From contig JANRKS010000016.1 in the NCBI GenBank assembly GCA_033763315.1, positions 1-64,000 on the forward strand: 64,000 nucleotides of DNA, in the 5' to 3' direction. Origin of the DNA: Deltaproteobacteria bacterium (GTDB lineage: Bacteria > Myxococcota_A > Polyangia > Fen-1088). Position numbers and translations under genes: made by a program. Within the stretch, counting starts at the first letter, position 1. The number at the start of each line of letters is the position of its first letter. Below the pieces are notes generated by a model, which ran no database searches, had not been told where the DNA came from, and saw only the letters and a list, made by a program, of their open reading frames with translations. Of the stretch, positions 11,129-20,864 are shown piece after piece.

Positions 11129-11728
11129 TCACTCGTCGTGCAGTTCGACGTTCCAGTACGAAGCGGCCGGAAGATCGAGGAAAGGCAGCCATTCGCGGTA
11201 GCGTACGGCATCGCCTTGGGCGCGGAATGTGGGTGTCCACCGCGGGCGCTCGGGCAGCTTGGCGAGCCGCATGTTGGCTTGCTCTGGCGTCCGTGCACCC
11301 TTCTTCAAGTTACACTTGATGCAGCAGCACACCACGTTTTCCCAGCTTGTGCGCCCGCCTTGGGCCCGCGGCACCACGTGGTCCAAATTCAACTCGGAAC
11401 GCGGCCCCGACCACCCGCAGTACTGGCAGCGGTTGCCGTCGCGCATGTAGATGTTGTGACGCGAAAACCGAACCTTGGTGCGGGGCAGTCGGTCGTAGAT
11501 CTGCAAGATGATGACGCGCGGGATCCGAATGGCACCCGTAACGGTGCGCCACGATTCGCCCTCCATTTCGGTGGACAGCTGCGCCCAGCTTTGAAAGTCA
11601 AAGACGCGAAACTGCTCGTCGATGGCGCGCGCCACGCCGAGGTAAAGCAAAGAAAACGCACGCTTAGCGGACGTTATGTGAATGGGTTGAAAGTTCCTGT
11701 TCAGAACCAGCACGGACGCATTGGTCAC
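11129..11728 (-). CDS. HNH endonuclease (McrA-like, VLVLN-type)
   Basis: [64 protein letters not shown] 7 nt before GTG 11728. Confidence 0.93.
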   Translation of the reverse strand: MTNASVLVLNRNFQPIHITSAKRAFSLLYLGVARAIDEQFRVFDFQSWAQLSTEMEGESWRTVTGAIRIPRVIILQIYDRLPRTKVRFSRHNIYMRDGNRCQYCGWSGPRSELNLDHVVPRAQGGRTSWENVVCCCIKCNLKKGARTPEQANMRLAKLPERPRWTPTFRAQGDAVRYREWLPFLDLPAASYWNVELHDE

Positions 11729-11734
11729 GAGAGT

Positions 11735-11905
11735 CCTCCGCAAAGGCCACGGGAGAAAAGGCGGTGGCCTGGCCCTGGCCCGCTTGTGGAGACACCGAGG
11801 CTCCGGCGAGTTCCCGAAGGGCCCTCGACCTTTCCCGCACCGTCAGCGGGCGAAGGTGCGACGCAGCTGTGCGCCCCCCCGGCCGTAACCTGTGTCCCCA
11901 TACCT
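11735..11905 (-). ncRNA. Putative highly structured RNA / 5' leader of the HNH gene (family not recognised)
   Basis: Closing stem GGGGACAC/GUGUCUCC plus AGGUU/AGCCU; three inner hairpins (one with cUUCGg); loop GCCCGCU complementary to downstream AGCGGGC; a final 7-bp hairpin just before the RBS. Structure folded by eye. Confidence 0.55.
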
Positions 11906-11911
11906 ATTGAA

Positions 11912-11920
11912 ATTGTAGCA
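11912..11920 (-). promoter_or_regulatory. Extended -10 promoter TGcTACAAT for the RNA-HNH transcript
   Basis: TGnTACAAT lies about 12 nt upstream of the first stem. Confidence 0.55.
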
Positions 11921-12044
11921 GGTTTTTGGGCATCGCCGCACGCGGCGTGACACAACTTGGCAAACACCATCACGCCCATGGTTGCCACAGCGGTTGGTGC
12001 AGAGGCTCTTGCGGCAACCGCGTTAGACTGACACGAAACCGCCA

Positions 12045-14228
12045 GTGAACATCCAAGCCCTTTCCGCTCTTGTTGCCACCATCGTTGGATGCGCCATCGG
12101 TGGATCGGTCTTCTTGCGCGAAACGCGCCGGGGCGCTCACGCGGTGTTCGCCACTTTTGCCTTCAACATCGCGCTGCATTACCTCTTTGTGTTTTTGTGG
12201 CTTGGGCTGGAGATCGAATTCTTCGATTGGGCCGCCATGCTGGTCGCCGTCTCACTGCCCGCCACGGCGCAACGGTTCTTTCAAGCGTTCCTCGGCGATG
12301 ATGCCGGCCCGCCGCCACTTTCGAAATCCACCGTTGTGGGCGCTGTGGCGTTCTACCTGGCGTTTTGCTTTTCGCGCTTCTTTGACCCCATACACCAGAG
12401 CACGTGGTTTCGTCTGACATTCGGCGCCTACGTGTTTACGGGGCTGTACTTGTCGATCTACTACCTTTACCGACGGTACCGGGCGACGCCTTCGCGGGTA
12501 GAGAAGATCCGGCTGCGGTATTTGCTTGTGGGTGGCGTCGCCACCGTTTCGGCGGCGCTGCTCGAATCGTTTATCGACAACGTGACGTTGGGAACGATCT
12601 TCGTGATCGTTTACCTGTACTTCTTGTCGCAAACGCTGGTGCGTTACCGGCTGCTGGATCTCAACGAGTTGCTGGGGCGCATGGTGGTTTTGGGCGCCTT
12701 GGTGGTGATCGTGACCTTGATCTATGTGGTGCTGCTAATCTGGGTGTCGCCGGAGCAGCACGGGTTGTTTTTCTTCAACACGCTGGTGGCATCGGCGGCC
12801 ATCTTGATCTTGTTTGATCCGTTGAGATCCCGCGTGGAAGCGGCGGTCAATCGCTGGATGTTTCAAGAGAAGTACGAACTTTCACGGCGCGTGCACAACC
12901 TGCGCGCGGATCTTATGAACGTCATCGATGCACGCGGCATCGGCCCCAAGGTGCTCTCGGCGCTTGAAGATTCGCGGCGCGTGACACACGCGGCGCTTTA
13001 CTTCGTGGATCCAGATGGTTCGGGTTACGAGCTGGCGGTGCACATTGGGCCCAAGCCGGAGAACCGGTTGGACGCCGTCGGCCACCGCGGTTTTTTAGAA
13101 CGGCTGCGGCGCTATACGGTGCTGACGGTTGAGGGCATCGAGCAGGAAATGGCCGCTTTGCGCCCCTCACGCGGCGAGGAGAAGGCGGCGTTGGGTTTGA
13201 TCCTCCGCGCGATGGACATGATGAACGCGTCCGTGGCGCTTGCCGTGTCGGGCGAAGATCAATTGCTGGGCATCCTGGTGTTGCGTGACGAGCGCCTACG
13301 CGAAGCGTTTTCATCAGACGAGATTGAACTTTTTCGCGGCGTCGCCGCCTCCATCGGCGTAACGCTGCAGAACTCACAGGTTTACGAGCGCATGAAAGAG
13401 CGCGAGCGTTTGGCAGCGCTCGGTCAAATGGCGGCTGGCTTGGCGCATGAGATCCGCAACCCGCTCGGTTCAATCAAGGGTGCAGCGCAGTATCTGCTGC
13501 CAAGCGCGGACCAAAGCATCGATCCATCGAGCCGCGAATTCTTGAACATCATTGTGGAGGAAGTGGACCGGTTGAACAAAACTGTGTCGCAGTTCTTAGA
13601 TTACGCGCGACCCTACCGCGGCGAACAAAAGCCCCTGGACGTAAACCAAGTGCTGCGCAAAACGCTGACCTTGCTTGAAAAGGAAGAAGGCGCATCGCGG
13701 GTTGAGATCACATCGAATCTGGCTGATTTGCCGCCCGTGCGTGCGGACGCCGAACAGCTGCGACAGGTGTTCTTGAACCTGCTGATCAACGCGCTTCAAT
13801 CCATGCCTCAAGGGGGCAAGCTGCATGTGTCCACCACCTTGCGACGCGCGACGCGCCGGGGGGCTGCGGCGGCGTTCTTTGAGGTGCGCCTAAAAGACAC
13901 GGGCATGGGCATTCCGCCTGAGAACCTCAAGGATTTGTTCGTGCCCTTCTTCACCACCAAAGATCACGGGACTGGTTTGGGCTTGCCGATTAGCCAGCGC
14001 ATCATCGAGAACCACGGCGGCACCATTGAAGTGAGATCACGCGTGGGTGCGGGATCCACGTTTACCGTGTTGCTGCCGGTGGAGGCCGATTCTTATGCTG
14101 GCTTCATGGAAAGCCACAAGGGGCCCCCGCCGATGCCCGAGCGGCGCACGCCGTTGTCGATGCCCAGCCTGGAGATACCAGGCCCCACGGGACAGACCGG
14201 CAGGTATGGGCCTTACAAGCCTACGTAG
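12045..14228 (+). CDS. Membrane sensor histidine kinase (multi-TM, GAF, HisKA, HATPase)
   Basis: Hydrophobic N-terminal ~270 aa, GAF-like region, LAHEIRNPL, QVFLNLLINA, DTGMGI, FFTTK..GTGLGL. Confidence 0.93.
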   Translation: MNIQALSALVATIVGCAIGGSVFLRETRRGAHAVFATFAFNIALHYLFVFLWLGLEIEFFDWAAMLVAVSLPATAQRFFQAFLGDDAGPPPLSKSTVVGAVAFYLAFCFSRFFDPIHQSTWFRLTFGAYVFTGLYLSIYYLYRRYRATPSRVEKIRLRYLLVGGVATVSAALLESFIDNVTLGTIFVIVYLYFLSQTLVRYRLLDLNELLGRMVVLGALVVIVTLIYVVLLIWVSPEQHGLFFFNTLVASAAILILFDPLRSRVEAAVNRWMFQEKYELSRRVHNLRADLMNVIDARGIGPKVLSALEDSRRVTHAALYFVDPDGSGYELAVHIGPKPENRLDAVGHRGFLERLRRYTVLTVEGIEQEMAALRPSRGEEKAALGLILRAMDMMNASVALAVSGEDQLLGILVLRDERLREAFSSDEIELFRGVAASIGVTLQNSQVYERMKERERLAALGQMAAGLAHEIRNPLGSIKGAAQYLLPSADQSIDPSSREFLNIIVEEVDRLNKTVSQFLDYARPYRGEQKPLDVNQVLRKTLTLLEKEEGASRVEITSNLADLPPVRADAEQLRQVFLNLLINALQSMPQGGKLHVSTTLRRATRRGAAAAFFEVRLKDTGMGIPPENLKDLFVPFFTTKDHGTGLGLPISQRIIENHGGTIEVRSRVGAGSTFTVLLPVEADSYAGFMESHKGPPPMPERRTPLSMPSLEIPGPTGQTGRYGPYKPT

Positions 14229-14231
14229 TTG

Positions 14232-14849
14232 TTAGCGTGCCTCGGACTGTGCGTCAGCCAACGCCTCGGGCGTGTTGATGTTGATGGCGAAGCGCGCGTC
14301 AGGGTCAGCGCATCGCCAAGCCTGCTCTGGCAATGGCACCACGCCGATCGTCGCGAGCGCGTCCATCAGCTTGAGTTTGCGGGCCGCGAGCAACGCCGTG
14401 ATGGTGGGCAAGGCGCCACCACCGTAGCGCGCGCACAGCGGCTCGGGCAGGCCGCGCACGAACGGGGCCAAAGCCGACGCCTCGGGATGTAGGTCGCGAA
14501 GCGCACACAGAACGTCGGCGTGTAGAAACGGCATGTCGGCCCCCACGCAGACCACGGACGTCTCGTCAATCAACGTTCGGAGTGCGGTTTCGATGCCTGC
14601 CAACGGCCCCAACCCCTGACCTGAGTGATCGGGGAAACAAGGAACCTTAAGGTAGGCATAAGGCGAGGGGTCGTTCGTGACAATGAACACGCGTGAAAAC
14701 AGGGGCGACAGCAGCGCCACCTGCGTGTCGATGATGGGGCGGCCGGCCACGCGCAACAGGCCTTTGGCAACGCCTCCCAAACGTGTGCCTTGTCCGCCGG
14801 CGATGATCGCGGCGGCCACTTTGCGGCCTACAGGACCTTGCGCATCCAC
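14232..14849 (-). CDS. mobA: Molybdenum cofactor guanylyltransferase
   Basis: IIAGGQGTRLGG.AK, GPLAGI, ADMPF, PEPLCARY, NINTPE. Confidence 0.9.
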   Translation of the reverse strand: MDAQGPVGRKVAAAIIAGGQGTRLGGVAKGLLRVAGRPIIDTQVALLSPLFSRVFIVTNDPSPYAYLKVPCFPDHSGQGLGPLAGIETALRTLIDETSVVCVGADMPFLHADVLCALRDLHPEASALAPFVRGLPEPLCARYGGGALPTITALLAARKLKLMDALATIGVVPLPEQAWRCADPDARFAININTPEALADAQSEAR

Positions 14850-16657
14850 GTCGCTCCTTCAGCGCGCGCCATGCGGTATTCACGCGTGGTGGTGATCGCG
14901 TAGTCACATTCTTTGCGATCAATCGGCTGCCAGCCCAGCTTCTCGGCGAAGAAGGATGAAGCGCCGTCGGTGACGAGGTAAAGATCCTTCATGCCTTCGC
15001 GGCGTGACTTTTCAGTGGCCGTATCCACCAACAAATAGCCGAGGCCTTCACCACGACGTTCAGGCGCCACCGCCAACATCCGCAGCAAGCCAACGTCTTC
15101 CACGCGTTCGATCGCCACGCAGCCCACCAGAGGCACATCGCCGTCACCTGGGATCACGAGGTAGTGCGACCAAAACTCGTCGAGTTGCGGGTGAGCGATG
15201 CCTACCCGGTTGAGCAAATTGCTGATGTGGGGCTTATCGGCCAGCTTTGCGGGGCGAACGGGATCGCCCAGCTTTTCGAGCAGTTTGTCGTGCAGGCCAC
15301 CGTAGCTGCCCGACGACATAACAACGACCGTATCGCCCGGGGCGGCGCGTTCGACGAGGCGATCCACAGTGGCGTCAACGGAATCGATGACACGGGCAGG
15401 CACGCCACCGTTGCGAAGATCCTTTGCCAACAGCTCCACGTCGAGGCGATCGTCTTCGGGTAGCTTCTCTGGTTGGTAAAGCGGTGCCAGCAGCACTTCG
15501 TCTGACACCGACAGCGCGGAAGCAAAATCGTTCTGAAACACTTTGCGGCGGCTCGTGGCCGAACGCGGCTCAAACGCTGTGATCATCTTGCCAGGCCCGA
15601 AGCGTCCCTTGAGTGCCGTGAGCGTCTCGCGCACGGCTGTGGGGTGGTGAGCAAAATCATCTAGCACCGTGACGCCAGCGGCGATGCCTCGCCATTCTTG
15701 GCGACGGCGCACACCCAAAAAGCGTTGCGATGCCCGCGCGATTTGGGGCAGTGACACGCCAATGCGGCTCGCAGCAGCAATGACGCCCATCAAATTTTCT
15801 AGGTTGTAGACGCCGGGCAAACCGCTTTCGATGTTGCCGACCACGTGGCCCTTGTAGGCGACGCGCATTACAGCACGACCACCACGGGTGTAGCTGGAAA
15901 TCTCGAACGTCCAGTCAGCGCCGAAGCCGGGGCGGCCATAGGTTGTGACTTGGCAACGCGCAGACCGCGCCACCTCCATCGCTTTGGGCGAAGCCGCACA
16001 GACGATCAGATCGCCCGCGGGAGGAATGCGTTCAACGAACTCACGAAACGCTTCAACCACGACGTCTTCATCACGAAAAATATCGGCATGATCGAATTCC
16101 ACCGAGGTGAGGATGACGATCTTCGGCTTGTAATGCAGGAACTTCGATTTCTTATCGAAGAAGGCCGTGTCGTATTCATCGCCTTCAACCACAAACTCTT
16201 CGCCCCGCCCCAATCGCCACGAACGCTCAAAATTGTTGGGCACGCCACCGATCAAGAACGACGGATCGCGCCCGGCCTGTGTCAAAACGTGCGCCATCAA
16301 AGTTGATGTGGTGGTTTTGCCGTGCGTGCCGGCGATGACGACCGACTGATGATCGGAAAGGAAAAGTTCTGACAGCAACGCAGGGAACGACGTAAGTGGA
16401 ATCCGCCGGTCTTTGGCAGCCACAACCTCAACGTGATCGCGGCGGCAGACGTTGCCAACCACAACCACGTCAGGCCCCCAATCGAGGTTCTGTGGACCGA
16501 ACCCTTCGGCGTAGGCGATGCCCTGTTCCGACAGCTGGGTGGACATGGGCGGATACACGTGTTCGTCGGAACCGCGCACTTCGTGACCTGCGGCCCGCAA
16601 AAGCCCCGCCAACGAGCCCATGCCCGTACCCGCAATACCGATGAGGTGAATCTTCAT
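14828..16657 (-). CDS. mpl: Murein peptide ligase Mpl fused to a C-terminal GNAT acetyltransferase
   Basis: IHLIGIAGTGMGSLA, YPPMS, AGTHGKTTT, EGDEYDTAFFDK.SKFLHY, DDFAHHPTAV, FEPRS, MSSG; then GLLRMLAVAPERRGEGLG (acetyl-CoA motif A) in the last ~145 aa. Confidence 0.9.
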   Translation of the reverse strand: MKIHLIGIAGTGMGSLAGLLRAAGHEVRGSDEHVYPPMSTQLSEQGIAYAEGFGPQNLDWGPDVVVVGNVCRRDHVEVVAAKDRRIPLTSFPALLSELFLSDHQSVVIAGTHGKTTTSTLMAHVLTQAGRDPSFLIGGVPNNFERSWRLGRGEEFVVEGDEYDTAFFDKKSKFLHYKPKIVILTSVEFDHADIFRDEDVVVEAFREFVERIPPAGDLIVCAASPKAMEVARSARCQVTTYGRPGFGADWTFEISSYTRGGRAVMRVAYKGHVVGNIESGLPGVYNLENLMGVIAAASRIGVSLPQIARASQRFLGVRRRQEWRGIAAGVTVLDDFAHHPTAVRETLTALKGRFGPGKMITAFEPRSATSRRKVFQNDFASALSVSDEVLLAPLYQPEKLPEDDRLDVELLAKDLRNGGVPARVIDSVDATVDRLVERAAPGDTVVVMSSGSYGGLHDKLLEKLGDPVRPAKLADKPHISNLLNRVGIAHPQLDEFWSHYLVIPGDGDVPLVGCVAIERVEDVGLLRMLAVAPERRGEGLGYLLVDTATEKSRREGMKDLYLVTDGASSFFAEKLGWQPIDRKECDYAITTTREYRMARAEGATWMRKVL

Positions 16658-17427
16658 TTAGGCACACATTCCGTTGAGCCGGGCGCAAACTGCGTGGCGA
16701 ACTTTTTAACCTCAAGTTCAAAGGTGACGGTGAAATCGTGAAAGAACTCGCCGTCGCGCGTGGACTCGCTGCCTGAAGTGTCCCAGTGCAGTGACTTCAC
16801 GACGGCCGACCCGCACGGATCCAAACGCCCACGCTTGCGGGTCGACAGCGATTCCTGCCATGCGTTCGCACCATCTTGGTCACACTGGCCATATTTGCCC
16901 TGGCATTCAACAGCCAGCGTTTCGTACCAGAAAGGACCCGCCGGTCCATACTCGGCCATGGCGAATTGTGGCAAAACGCCCTTCGTTTTGTCATCTGCAG
17001 TGGCCGTCACGGCAAACTTGGATTTTGAGCCCGCCACCAGGTCGAAATAAAGACACCGCGTTTGCGGCCCTTCGACAACGAAGTGCCCTAAGGCCTCTGA
17101 ATCTAAACTGATGCTCCCTCCCGAGGCGGATAGGCGCATCTCGAAGCGCTTGGTACCTGGCGCTGGCGCCAAAGTCTCCGCGTCGTCACCCGCGCGGCAA
17201 CGGCAAAAAGCGCTAGGTTTTGCGCCTTCGCAACGCGCACCCGCTAACTCGGCGTTGGTTGGCGCGGCCACCACGGCGGCTGACGCTTTGGCGGGGGCGT
17301 GGACCGCCGAAGCGGCTTGGGGTGCCTGTGAGGCGCCACACGCCGCTAACGCGACCGCCAATGCCATCCCAGCGTACACGTACGCGCGTGGCGACAAAGG
17401 GCTTCGGATACGTGGACGGGGGGCCAT
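16654..17427 (-). CDS. Cys-rich hypothetical lipoprotein
   Basis: Lipobox LAAC, Ala-rich linker, several Cys; stop overlaps the mpl start. Confidence 0.7.
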   Translation of the reverse strand: MAPRPRIRSPLSPRAYVYAGMALAVALAACGASQAPQAASAVHAPAKASAAVVAAPTNAELAGARCEGAKPSAFCRCRAGDDAETLAPAPGTKRFEMRLSASGGSISLDSEALGHFVVEGPQTRCLYFDLVAGSKSKFAVTATADDKTKGVLPQFAMAEYGPAGPFWYETLAVECQGKYGQCDQDGANAWQESLSTRKRGRLDPCGSAVVKSLHWDTSGSESTRDGEFFHDFTVTFELEVKKFATQFAPGSTECVPK

Positions 17428-17451
17428 TGGTCACCGTAGGATACCGCAACT

Positions 17452-18366
17452 GTGTCTAGGCCCGTTGCTTCCCTGTTTACAAAGTTACGTCGACCAAACC
17501 GCGCGTGGCGGACGCTCGCGGTCGTTACCGTCTTCGGCGCCTGGATCGCGTTTGGCTCCGCATGCGCCACTGATGACGGCGCGGGCGCGAACGTCACGTA
17601 TTCAGCGACGGCACGGCAGAACTACGACAAAGGCCTGGCAGAGCTCGCGGACGAGAATTACTTGGAAGCGGATAAATACTTTCGCTTCGTTAAGTCGAAG
17701 TTTCCGTTCTCAAAATACGCGGTGCTCGCAGAGCTCGGCATGAGCGATGCAAAATTCCAGCGCGGTGAATACCAAGCCGCGATTGATAGCTACAAGGCAT
17801 TCATTCGGCTGCACCCGACGCACGACAAGGTGGAAGATGGGTACGCGGCTTACCGGATCGCTGAGTGTTATGTGAAGGATATGCCGGAGGATTGGTTGAT
17901 TTTGCCTCCGGCTTCCGAAAAGGATCAATCGGCCGTTAAGGACGCGCTGCGAGAGCTTTCTGACTTCTTGGATAAATATCCCGAATCCCAATACGTCAAA
18001 CCGGCTGAGAAACAGCGCCGCGAGGTTGTGCGGCGTTTGGTTGAGCATGAGGTGTATGTGGCGCGTTTTTATCTTGACCAGGGGCATCCACGCGCGGCGA
18101 TTTTGCGGCTTCAAGGGGCCATCGAACGCTTTCCCGATTCGGAGCGTGAAGCGGAACTGTTGCTGACGCTGGGGGAAACGCACCTAGAAATGGGCAACGC
18201 CCAAAGCGCCAAAGCGACGTTCGAGAAGGTTCGGACCGCTTACAAAGGCGAGCCTCAAGCGCGCCGCGCCCAAGTTTACTTAGAGTACATCCGCGGCCGC
18301 TTCGGCGACGCACCCACTGACAAAACTGACACCAATCCCTCTGCCAAGGCAGCCAGCCATGGATGA
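17452..18366 (+). CDS. bamD: Outer membrane assembly lipoprotein BamD
   Basis: Lipobox-like GSAC, TPR pattern, FPFSKYA, FIRLHPTH, DQS, HEVYVARFY. Confidence 0.88.
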   Translation: MSRPVASLFTKLRRPNRAWRTLAVVTVFGAWIAFGSACATDDGAGANVTYSATARQNYDKGLAELADENYLEADKYFRFVKSKFPFSKYAVLAELGMSDAKFQRGEYQAAIDSYKAFIRLHPTHDKVEDGYAAYRIAECYVKDMPEDWLILPPASEKDQSAVKDALRELSDFLDKYPESQYVKPAEKQRREVVRRLVEHEVYVARFYLDQGHPRAAILRLQGAIERFPDSEREAELLLTLGETHLEMGNAQSAKATFEKVRTAYKGEPQARRAQVYLEYIRGRFGDAPTDKTDTNPSAKAASHG

Positions 18367-19063
18367 ACACGTTCGCTCGATGCTGACCCGAGGCCGCGAC
18401 CATTACCGCGCGGGGGAATATGATCCGGCGGAGCGTCTTCTCGCCGAACTGGCGAAGACGCGACAGCCGTTCGCTGACGTCTACGAGATGCTGGGAGTGA
18501 TCCACCACCAGCGAGGGGAGATGGAGCAGGCGGAGATGATGTTCGAGGAGGCTTTGCGGCTCAACCCGACGTACACCGAGGCCGCCCTGCACCTGGCGGT
18601 GACTTACAACGATCAGGGTAAATACGAAGAGGCCCGCGAAGTTTATGAGCGCGTGCTTTCGGGCAAAGGAGCATCCACGAAACAAGTGGACAAGTTGGTG
18701 AAGGGAAAGATTGCCAACATGCACGCCGACGTGGGGCAGGCTTACCAAGAAGCGGGAGAATTCGTTGAGGCCGCCGAGGAATACCGCAAAGCTCTGCGGC
18801 TGGCGCCCGGTTTCTTAGACATTCGCGCGAAATTGGCCATGGCGCTGCGTTCATGCGGCCACAACGCCGAAGCCATCGTGGAGCTTGAAGCGATCAAGAA
18901 GGAGAACCCCAAGTTCTTGGCGGTACGATTGAACTTGGGTTTGGCGTACTTTGCAGAAAAGCGGTTGCCCGAGGCCGAGCGCGAGTGGCGTGAAGTGATG
19001 GCGATCGAGCCAGGCAACCGGATGGCGAAGATGTATTTGGGGCTGATCCCCACCAAACGCTAA
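18359..19063 (+). CDS. Tetratricopeptide repeat protein
   Basis: Repeated TPR signatures (ALRLNPTY, ALRLAPGF, NLGLAY, IEPGN). Confidence 0.88.
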   Translation: MDEHVRSMLTRGRDHYRAGEYDPAERLLAELAKTRQPFADVYEMLGVIHHQRGEMEQAEMMFEEALRLNPTYTEAALHLAVTYNDQGKYEEAREVYERVLSGKGASTKQVDKLVKGKIANMHADVGQAYQEAGEFVEAAEEYRKALRLAPGFLDIRAKLAMALRSCGHNAEAIVELEAIKKENPKFLAVRLNLGLAYFAEKRLPEAEREWREVMAIEPGNRMAKMYLGLIPTKR

Positions 19064-19075
19064 GCGCGCCTCTTT

Positions 19076-20071
19076 ATGGCTCGTTTTGACAGCAGCCCGG
19101 AGACCTTCCGTGTGCAAGAAGTGCCTTCCTATGAGCCCTCGGGCACGGGAACGCACGTTTATGTGCTCATCGAAAAGCGGGGGCTCACGACACCCGAAGC
19201 GATTCGCGCCTTGTGTACGGCCGTGGGCGTGGATCCCAAAGACGTGGGTTACGCAGGCATGAAGGACAAACACGCCACCACGACGCAGTGGCTGAGCTTC
19301 CCCGAGGCCGCGGAGGCCAAGCTTGCCGACGTGAACATCGACAAGCTGCGCGTCATTTCACGAAGCCGGCATGGCAACAAATTGCGCGTGGGCCACGTGC
19401 GCAAGAATTTGTTTGAGGTGACTTTGACGGACGTGTCACTTGAAGAACAAGCAACGCTATGCGACCGCTTTGCCGCACTCACAGAGCAGGGCGTGGCCAA
19501 CCGGTACGGCCAACAACGCTTTGGGCGCGGCGACAACGTGGCCACGGGCCTCGCGATCCTGCAAGGAACACGGCGAGAAAAAGACCGGCGCAAACGCACC
19601 CTGCTGATCTCCGCGGTGCAATCAGCGGTCTTCAATCAGGTGCTAGCGTGGCGACAAGAGCAAGGCTCGTTGCGACGAGTGCTGGGGGGCGACGTGTTGC
19701 AAAAGCGCGAGACCGGGGGTTTGTTCACTTCCAGTGACGAAGTGACGGATCAAGGCCGGCTGCTGGCTGGCGAACTCGTGACCACGGGGCCGCTGCCCGG
19801 CGCGAAGGCGCCACGGCCGTCCGAAGGCAGCGCCGCCGATCTGCTTGAGCAAGCGGCTATGGCGGCGGTGGGGCTCACACCAGAGCTGATGGCCGCGAAC
19901 GCACGCGATCTGCCGGGCGCGCGGCGGCCTTTGTTGATGGCGGTGCAAGCTTCGGCGCCACCGGTGGCGCGCGGCAGTGAGCTTCACCTCGCGTTCGCTT
20001 TGCCATCGGGCGCCTACGCCACGGTGGTGATCGATTCCTTGCTTGGGACAAGCCCTGCGGCACCCACGTAA
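19076..20071 (+). CDS. truD: tRNA pseudouridine(13) synthase
   Basis: FRVQE, YAGMKDKHATTTQW, NRYGQQRFG, AVQSAVFN, FALPSGAYAT. Confidence 0.95.
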   Translation: MARFDSSPETFRVQEVPSYEPSGTGTHVYVLIEKRGLTTPEAIRALCTAVGVDPKDVGYAGMKDKHATTTQWLSFPEAAEAKLADVNIDKLRVISRSRHGNKLRVGHVRKNLFEVTLTDVSLEEQATLCDRFAALTEQGVANRYGQQRFGRGDNVATGLAILQGTRREKDRRKRTLLISAVQSAVFNQVLAWRQEQGSLRRVLGGDVLQKRETGGLFTSSDEVTDQGRLLAGELVTTGPLPGAKAPRPSEGSAADLLEQAAMAAVGLTPELMAANARDLPGARRPLLMAVQASAPPVARGSELHLAFALPSGAYATVVIDSLLGTSPAAPT

Positions 20072-20207
20072 TTAGTGGCATGGGCGGCAAGGCAGAGGCC
20101 GCATATCCTGTGCTAACGTTCGGGGCGTGGCCGCGCCCTCGTGTGGCTGTCGCCGTTGATAAAGACGGCCCTTCCGCTTTCCCTGCCCTTTTTGCCCAGC
20201 GACGCGA

Positions 20208-20855
<648 letters not shown>

Positions 20856-20864
20856 GGATCAAAC

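Noticed and set aside
11129-11728. HNH gene as IscB/Cas9-like or as part of a mobile element
   Set aside because: It is only ~200 aa, with no PLMP or RuvC motifs and no transposase or terminal repeats.
11785-11899. Leader RNA as tRNA-Sec, tmRNA or an Ala-tRNA mimic (8-bp GGGG../..CUCCA stem with G3-U)
   Set aside because: It has no T-arm, no UCA anticodon loop, ends CAA rather than CCA, and the stem continues as a long helix. Retained only as an unknown structured RNA.
20072-20130. Possible sigma54 promoter (TGGCA...) upstream of exbB
   Set aside because: The GG-N10-GC spacing is not satisfied.
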